Origin: an uncultured virus (IMG/VR IMGVR_UViG_3300046758_000519)
Lineage: Duplodnaviria > Heunggongvirae > Uroviricota > Caudoviricetes
Strand: one strand, 5' to 3'
DNA length: 64,000 bases
Virus record (IMG/VR): IMGVR_UViG_3300046758_000519
The first letter of the stretch is position 1. Each line of letters begins with the position of its first letter. This document shows, one piece after another, positions 58,580-64,000 of this stretch. The notes below the pieces were generated by a model. That model was not told the origin of the DNA and made no database searches. It was given only the letters and a program-made list of their open reading frames with translations. A program made the translations under genes and the position numbers.

Positions 58580-59359
58580 TCAAATATCCTTTGCGTATCC
58601 AAAGTATTTGAAATCCATATCATATAATAATGATATTATTTTTTGTGTATCCTTATTGTAGTATTCAGTATAATTTTTATGTTTACTTTTATTTGTTTTC
58701 TTTAAAGTAACACTTGGTATTTTAATTTGTTTACAGATAAAATCAAACGATTTTTGTAATTCTTCGTACTTACCTATATAATTTAGTTTAGGACCATCAT
58801 AATCCCACGCATAATGAGTAAAAATGATTTGTGGTGGAAATCCATTTTCATCACCTTTTTCTAAAGCACTGTGCACAAAATCATCAAAAGAATTTATTCC
58901 ACTTAATATTTTATTGACTTGTGAATATTCTTCCGTTGGTTTATTCAAAAAAACATTGGATAATATTGAGTCTCTGGTTCCACTGCTCATAGAATTATCA
59001 TTTAATTCTTTTTTTAAATTTTCTTCACTTTTATATTGATCTAAAACTTTTTTTCCATACGGACTACATTTGTATTTATCGTAACACTCCTTTACATACA
59101 AAGAATAAAAATAATGAGAAACAAATCGGTCATATGGATTTCTTGTTAATCCACAATAAAAGACATTCTTCATGTTTATTTTATTTGATTTAATCCATGC
59201 ATCTACATTCCACACACTTGGATGATAATCTTTCATACCACCCAACTCTATAAATTTAGATGTTTCGTAATTAAAAAATTTATTAATATACGATGAAATA
59301 GTAGTGGTTCCTGTTTTTGGAATTGCACTAAATAACAATTTATGTTGTTTGTATATCAT
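58580..59359 (-). CDS. sulfotransferase (Sulfotransfer_2 family)
   Basis: IPKTGTTTI, TRNPYDRFVSHY, YIGKYEEL, DFKYFGY. Confidence 0.88.
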   Translation of the reverse strand: MIYKQHKLLFSAIPKTGTTTISSYINKFFNYETSKFIELGGMKDYHPSVWNVDAWIKSNKINMKNVFYCGLTRNPYDRFVSHYFYSLYVKECYDKYKCSPYGKKVLDQYKSEENLKKELNDNSMSSGTRDSILSNVFLNKPTEEYSQVNKILSGINSFDDFVHSALEKGDENGFPPQIIFTHYAWDYDGPKLNYIGKYEELQKSFDFICKQIKIPSVTLKKTNKSKHKNYTEYYNKDTQKIISLLYDMDFKYFGYAKDI

Positions 59360-61158
59360 TAATACAATGGACGAATTTTTTTCATAATTTCTTTAGGAAG
59401 ATTTAGATGCTTTGTAATTTTACCATCCTTCATAAACCATGCACTTTTACTAGAATTTAAAAATGATTCAAAATTATAGGTGTGCCAAGATTTCATAGAA
59501 AAACAGCAATTATTTTTTACTACATCCATTGCACCGATCATCCACAGCCAAGAATCTTTTAATTGCCACTCTGTTAATTTCTGTAAGTGGTATTCATATT
59601 TTTCCAACCACCAGTTTCCATTGCTTGTAGTATCTATGTAAATAGTTGTATCCAATGATTGAGTTTGTAAATAATTTTTAATTTTAATATGTTGTGAAAG
59701 TAATAACAAACCCATTGCTCCAGTTCTTATTTTTAAAAACTTTGAAATGCAATTAGGTGTTTTTATAAACTTATATAATATTTTATTTTTTTTGTGTGTT
59801 AATGAAAGTTTTTCAAATTTATTTATTTGTGTTTCGTTTTTGTATTTTACTATGAACAAACACTCTTTACACTCGGAGTGTGCTTTAGAATTCAATGTAT
59901 TTTTAAATTTAGCATCGCATAAAGTATCCAAATCTATGTATAAAATTAAAGCATCAATAGTTTGACGATAACTCCAAGGTTTTGAAAATAAGTGTTTACT
60001 TACCTCTTTTATTTTTTGCCTTGCCGATTTGTCGTGTAAAACTTCTCGTTTATTGATTAAAGTTTGATATTTTTCAATTCCATGTACAGGATTGATTAAT
60101 TGATTTTTAAACTTATTACAATTTTGCTTTAATTTTTTAAGTTTCTGAGGATCATCCATTAACTGACGAATTCTTGAATTCATATCCTCTGGATTTTTAC
60201 AATGAAATCCAGTTACATTATGTTCAATTGTTTCGTTTATGCCAAGACTTGTAGTTAGACACAATACAGGCAATTCATGTGATATTGCCTCAATGACTGC
60301 ATTGCTTGTTCCCTCAAACTCAGCAGTTGATACCATAAAATCACAAGAAGAATAATAATCATGAATATTTTTTACCGTATTTTCTACACTTATGTAATTT
60401 TCAATTTCTTTATTTGATTCGATTATTAAATTTAATTCTTTCATAATTAATGGACTTATTTCACCTATAATATGAAGTGTAAAATCTTTATGAGTTTTTA
60501 TTATTTCAGGTAAAACTTTAACAAGTGGGAGTATACTTTTTCTTGTTTCTCGTAGTCCATTTATGTTTATTATATTGAACTTTTTTTCAAATTTTACAGG
60601 AATATAATTTGGAATTTTTACAGTATTCCAAAAACTTCTAATTTTATGCTGGTTATTTCCAGGTATATATTTTGAAAAGTTTGGATTCTCCAAACGAATT
60701 ATATCAACTGCATCACACAATGTTTCATATGTAATGCCAGTTGCTTCATTTTTTGTAGAAAACGCATTTATTATTTTCGTTGGATGGTTGGTATCAAAGT
60801 TGATCCAGAAAATATTATCTCGTAAAATATAATCTGACATAAAAATGAATCTATTCGAATTAAAATCTAAAAAACTAACTAGCACAGGATTGATTTGTTT
60901 GTCTATGTGTTCAGCAATTTGCGTTGCTATTTGCTTTCTCCAATGTAATTCCGATGAAATGAATATGCGTTTTATCGGAATTAAGTTTCCGTTTTCATCT
61001 TCATCAATATGCAAATCAGATGAAACAAATGAAATTAAAACAATATTATATTTATTTTGATTGTGAAGAAATACTATTAAATCATTTATGATTTTTGAAC
61101 AACCCCCTCCTGTAACCGATCCACGGTATATATAAATTGTCTGTTTATCGTTACTCAC
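59359..61158 (-). CDS. GT4 family glycosyltransferase with C-terminal extension
   Basis: TGGG, RK, FEGTSNAVIEA (E-x7-E), EHNVTGF. Confidence 0.82.
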   Translation of the reverse strand: MSNDKQTIYIYRGSVTGGGCSKIINDLIVFLHNQNKYNIVLISFVSSDLHIDEDENGNLIPIKRIFISSELHWRKQIATQIAEHIDKQINPVLVSFLDFNSNRFIFMSDYILRDNIFWINFDTNHPTKIINAFSTKNEATGITYETLCDAVDIIRLENPNFSKYIPGNNQHKIRSFWNTVKIPNYIPVKFEKKFNIININGLRETRKSILPLVKVLPEIIKTHKDFTLHIIGEISPLIMKELNLIIESNKEIENYISVENTVKNIHDYYSSCDFMVSTAEFEGTSNAVIEAISHELPVLCLTTSLGINETIEHNVTGFHCKNPEDMNSRIRQLMDDPQKLKKLKQNCNKFKNQLINPVHGIEKYQTLINKREVLHDKSARQKIKEVSKHLFSKPWSYRQTIDALILYIDLDTLCDAKFKNTLNSKAHSECKECLFIVKYKNETQINKFEKLSLTHKKNKILYKFIKTPNCISKFLKIRTGAMGLLLLSQHIKIKNYLQTQSLDTTIYIDTTSNGNWWLEKYEYHLQKLTEWQLKDSWLWMIGAMDVVKNNCCFSMKSWHTYNFESFLNSSKSAWFMKDGKITKHLNLPKEIMKKIRPLY

Positions 61159-61162
61159 TTTA

Positions 61163-61170
61163 ATAAATAT
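61163..61170 (-). promoter_or_regulatory. ATATTTAT putative phage promoter element
   Basis: 4 nt before GTG at 61158. Confidence 0.5.
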
Positions 61171-61205
61171 TGCACAAAAACAAATTTGATGATATGTATG
61201 AATTA

Positions 61206-62057
61206 TTAAATATATAAGTCTTTTCTGTGAACTATTTGTGTATCAGGAAATTCTTTTAAAACTTTGGTAATTGTAATGTGTCTGTCACAGAATGTGCTTA
61301 TATTTGTGAAATATGGTGTATCTTTTAAATAATTCAAAATATTTTGTTTTTCGGCATATAAATAAATTGCGACATCATAGTTCATAAATTCCTTATATTT
61401 TTTATTGTTACTTCGTTTTTGTGAATCATATAGCAACTCATTTTTAATAAACTTTTCAGATTTTTTTAGCAGTACCAATGTTTCTTTTTTATTTTTGTAT
61501 AATCCTACTCCATTTAAATGTCCTGAATAATATGTCTGTGATACAAACTCTCTTTGACTTCCTTTATATGTACTCCCTGCTATGCAAAAATCATTATTAA
61601 TTGCATAATCATGTATTACATCAAACCATGTGTTTGTAAGAGGTTGTGTATCCGTTTCAAGAAGCATAAAATTTTTGTATTTGGTTTCAAGTAAAAAATA
61701 TAAGGTAATATAAAAATGATAATTCACTCCGTTGGAACGGCCAAGTTCTAATTCAGATAAGTCAATTTTTGATTCAAGTGAACGCATATACAAATTAAGG
61801 TGTCCTGGGATATGATTACAAATTGTTTTTACTTGATTTACATTTTCATGTTTGTGAAATCTTCCCAACTCATTATATATTTTTCTTACTCTTTTATTTG
61901 GAAATGTGTCTAAAAAAATATATAAATCAAATTTATATTTACAATTTGTGGTGTTTTCTAAAAAATAATTTATTGCACGACTTAGTTCACCACTTTCATA
62001 TTCTTTTAATGTAGTCAAAAAAAATACACACAAATCGTCCGTATAAATTTTACTCAT
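61206..62057 (-). CDS. uncharacterised GT-like protein (three-member paralog family)
   Basis: GVNYHFY, LLETD, IAGSTYKG, HLNGVGLY, FMNYDVAIY. Confidence 0.6.
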   Translation of the reverse strand: MSKIYTDDLCVFFLTTLKEYESGELSRAINYFLENTTNCKYKFDLYIFLDTFPNKRVRKIYNELGRFHKHENVNQVKTICNHIPGHLNLYMRSLESKIDLSELELGRSNGVNYHFYITLYFLLETKYKNFMLLETDTQPLTNTWFDVIHDYAINNDFCIAGSTYKGSQREFVSQTYYSGHLNGVGLYKNKKETLVLLKKSEKFIKNELLYDSQKRSNNKKYKEFMNYDVAIYLYAEKQNILNYLKDTPYFTNISTFCDRHITITKVLKEFPDTQIVHRKDLYI

Positions 62058-62062
62058 TTTTA

Positions 62063-62665
62063 TTAAAAATTATAATTAAATCTTTTAAGATCACACGCAT
62101 ATTGTTTAGTTACAGTTTCAATTGTCTCTGCATCATAATAATCACGGTAATGATTATGTTCAGTTTTATTGAATTGAGGTAATTTTACTTTATCAATTTT
62201 AATTTTATCACAGACATGATCAAAATGACTTTGTAGATTTTCACACTTTCCTATAAATCCATATTTTTCAAAATCAGATGGAATGAAACTTGAACAAGGT
62301 AACCAATGATCGTCATTTTTTTCAAAATCAGATGTAATTTTTTTGACAAATTGTTTAAATGTAAATTTACGATCAATCATGTAATGTATGCTATTTGATT
62401 GTCGTTTATTATCTGACCATCTTTTATGATTTTCTATTTTATCACTATAACAACTAACCAATCTCTCAAATGGATTTCTTACAAATGCGAAATTAAAAAA
62501 AAAATGGTGATCTTCTGTGTATTTTATTTTTTTCCACTCATATTCACTTTCGTTTTGCTTTTGAGTTTTTTCATTAAGTATACGACGTAGTGTAGAAGAC
62601 GCACATTTTGGAATTTGTATCCAACAATATTTAGAGGTTACTGAAATGTGCAATGGTAAATTCAT
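62063..62665 (-). CDS. sulfotransferase (Sulfotransfer_2 family)
   Basis: IPKCASSTL, FVRNPFERLVSCY, DHWLP, DLKRFNYNF. Confidence 0.9.
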   Translation of the reverse strand: MNLPLHISVTSKYCWIQIPKCASSTLRRILNEKTQKQNESEYEWKKIKYTEDHHFFFNFAFVRNPFERLVSCYSDKIENHKRWSDNKRQSNSIHYMIDRKFTFKQFVKKITSDFEKNDDHWLPCSSFIPSDFEKYGFIGKCENLQSHFDHVCDKIKIDKVKLPQFNKTEHNHYRDYYDAETIETVTKQYACDLKRFNYNF

Positions 62666-62681
62666 TTGTAATTTTTATTTT

Positions 62682-63515
62682 CTATTTGTATAGATTTTTT
62701 TTATGTAAAATTCGTGTATCAGGATAATCATTTATAATATTTTCAAGCATCAACTCGTTATTAGGACTACTACTCATATTTGTTATAAAATTAGTATCTA
62801 ATAAAGATGCTTCCACGGAATTCTGACTTTTAAGATAAAGATATATAGCAACATCATAATTCATAAATCTGAAATACATATTTGTTTTATCATTTTTGAT
62901 TGAATTTATTAAAAATATTTTAGAATTTAATAGCATCCTTTGCAAATTACTTGAATTTTTGTATATAGCAACTCCATTTAGATGACCACCAAAATAACTT
63001 TTTAAAATTGCATCCTTATCCACTCCTTTATATAAACTTCCTGCAATTAAAAACTTGTTATTTCTTGTATAATTTAAAATTACATCAAACCAATCTGATT
63101 TAATTGGCTTTGTATCACTTTCGAGTAATAAAAATGATCTATAATTCAATTTCAATAATTTATCAAGTGTATTATAGAAATGTAAATTTATTCCGTGTGA
63201 AGCACCCATTGGATATTTTTCCAAATCTACTTTATTTAATAAACTCATATCGTAAAAATTTTCATCTTTACTGAGTTGATTTGATAATATAAAAATATTT
63301 CTTACATTTTTATATTCTGACTCAATTTTACAAAATTCTTTTGAATAACTATTTTTTATACCATCTGTTGTGTCAAAAACAATTATTATATCAAATTTAT
63401 ATTTTGATTCACAATTTGATAAATAACAATTCAATGATTTTACCAAATCACCACTTTTGTATTCATTAATTGTGGTCAAGAAAAAAACACAAATTTCATT
63501 TGTAAACTTCATCAT
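62682..63515 (-). CDS. uncharacterised GT-like protein (three-member paralog family)
   Basis: GINLHFY, LLESD, IAGSLYKG, HLNGVAIY, FMNYDVAIY. Confidence 0.6.
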   Translation of the reverse strand: MMKFTNEICVFFLTTINEYKSGDLVKSLNCYLSNCESKYKFDIIIVFDTTDGIKNSYSKEFCKIESEYKNVRNIFILSNQLSKDENFYDMSLLNKVDLEKYPMGASHGINLHFYNTLDKLLKLNYRSFLLLESDTKPIKSDWFDVILNYTRNNKFLIAGSLYKGVDKDAILKSYFGGHLNGVAIYKNSSNLQRMLLNSKIFLINSIKNDKTNMYFRFMNYDVAIYLYLKSQNSVEASLLDTNFITNMSSSPNNELMLENIINDYPDTRILHKKNLYK

Positions 63516-63999
63516 TACTCTCCAAGAACCATTTGTATGTTTTCGTCAAACCTTCATCAAGTAAAACATTTGCTTTTAATCCAAGTGACTTTGCAAAACT
63601 AACATCCATGAGTTTTTTCATAGTACCATCTGGCTTGCTTGTATCGTGTACTATATTTCCGGTATAACCCACTACTTTCTTTATTTTATATGCAAGTTCT
63701 TTAATTTCAATATCGACCCCACTACCAAAATTTATACAACTTTTATTATTATCATACACTTGGTCTGCATTTATATTTTTAATACAATGTTCTATTGTAT
63801 CAGCAAGATCGGCCGCAAACATAAATTCACGTCTTGGTTTTCCTGTTCCCCATAATATTACTTCAGGATCCTTATTGATTTTTGCTTCGTGAAATTTACG
63901 AATTAAAGCAGGTAACACATGACTTGATTTTAAATCAAAGTTGTCGTTGTATCCATACAAATTACAAGGCATAATACTATAAAAATTACTATTATATTG
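63496..63999 (-). CDS. fcl: GDP-L-fucose synthase, 5' part outside window
   Basis: MPCNLYG.NDNF, SHVLPALIRKFHEA, WGTGKPRREF, SKPDGT; frame open to window edge. Confidence 0.93.
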   Translation of the reverse strand, partial: QYNSNFYSIMPCNLYGYNDNFDLKSSHVLPALIRKFHEAKINKDPEVILWGTGKPRREFMFAADLADTIEHCIKNINADQVYDNNKSCINFGSGVDIEIKELAYKIKKVVGYTGNIVHDTSKPDGTMKKLMDVSFAKSLGLKANVLLDEGLTKTYKWFLESNDEVYK

Positions 64000-64000
64000 T

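Noticed and set aside
892..63855. All plus-strand ORFs in the track
   Set aside because: Short antisense shadows of well-supported minus-strand genes, with no recognisable motifs
1..64000. Eukaryotic giant virus (NCLDV) origin
   Set aside because: Gene families overlap with NCLDV, but pervasive ATGA coupling, GTG/TTG starts, GGAG sites and one-strand operon layout favour a prokaryotic virus; not excluded without marker genes
1..64000. tRNA, rRNA, transposases, intrinsic terminators, stop-codon reassignment
   Set aside because: Intergenic gaps are short and show no such structures; full-length ORFs end in TAA, TGA and TAG under the standard code

Overview
Very AT-rich, gene-dense window with about 72 CDSs, all on the minus strand and mostly translationally coupled (ATGA/TAATG overlaps). 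The left edge carries a phage-type deoxynucleoside monophosphate kinase. The remaining ~63 kb is one continuous glycan-synthesis island. It encodes nucleotide-sugar enzymes (RmlA, RmlB, NRS/ER-type RmlD-like reductase, GDP-mannose 3,5-epimerase, GDP-fucose synthase) and about 45 soluble glycosyltransferase-like proteins from many families. It also encodes nine Golgi-type (Sulfotransfer_2) sulfotransferases, two further sulfotransferase-like proteins, two pyruvyltransferases, four DUF1796-like proteins and two hydrolases. No flippase, polymerase, ABC exporter, priming transferase or other obvious membrane protein is present. The best reading is a large dsDNA bacteriophage glycosylation/sulfation island rather than a cellular capsule locus (inference). 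The DNA also records how the island grows: orphan copies of gene 3' ends (three of rmlA, one of a GT2 gene, one of a sulfotransferase), some fused to 5' stubs of other genes, and near-identical 3' modules on otherwise divergent sulfotransferases. An ATA(T/C)TTAT motif sits 4-8 nt before many start codons. All family calls come from motif recognition by eye; no database search was run.
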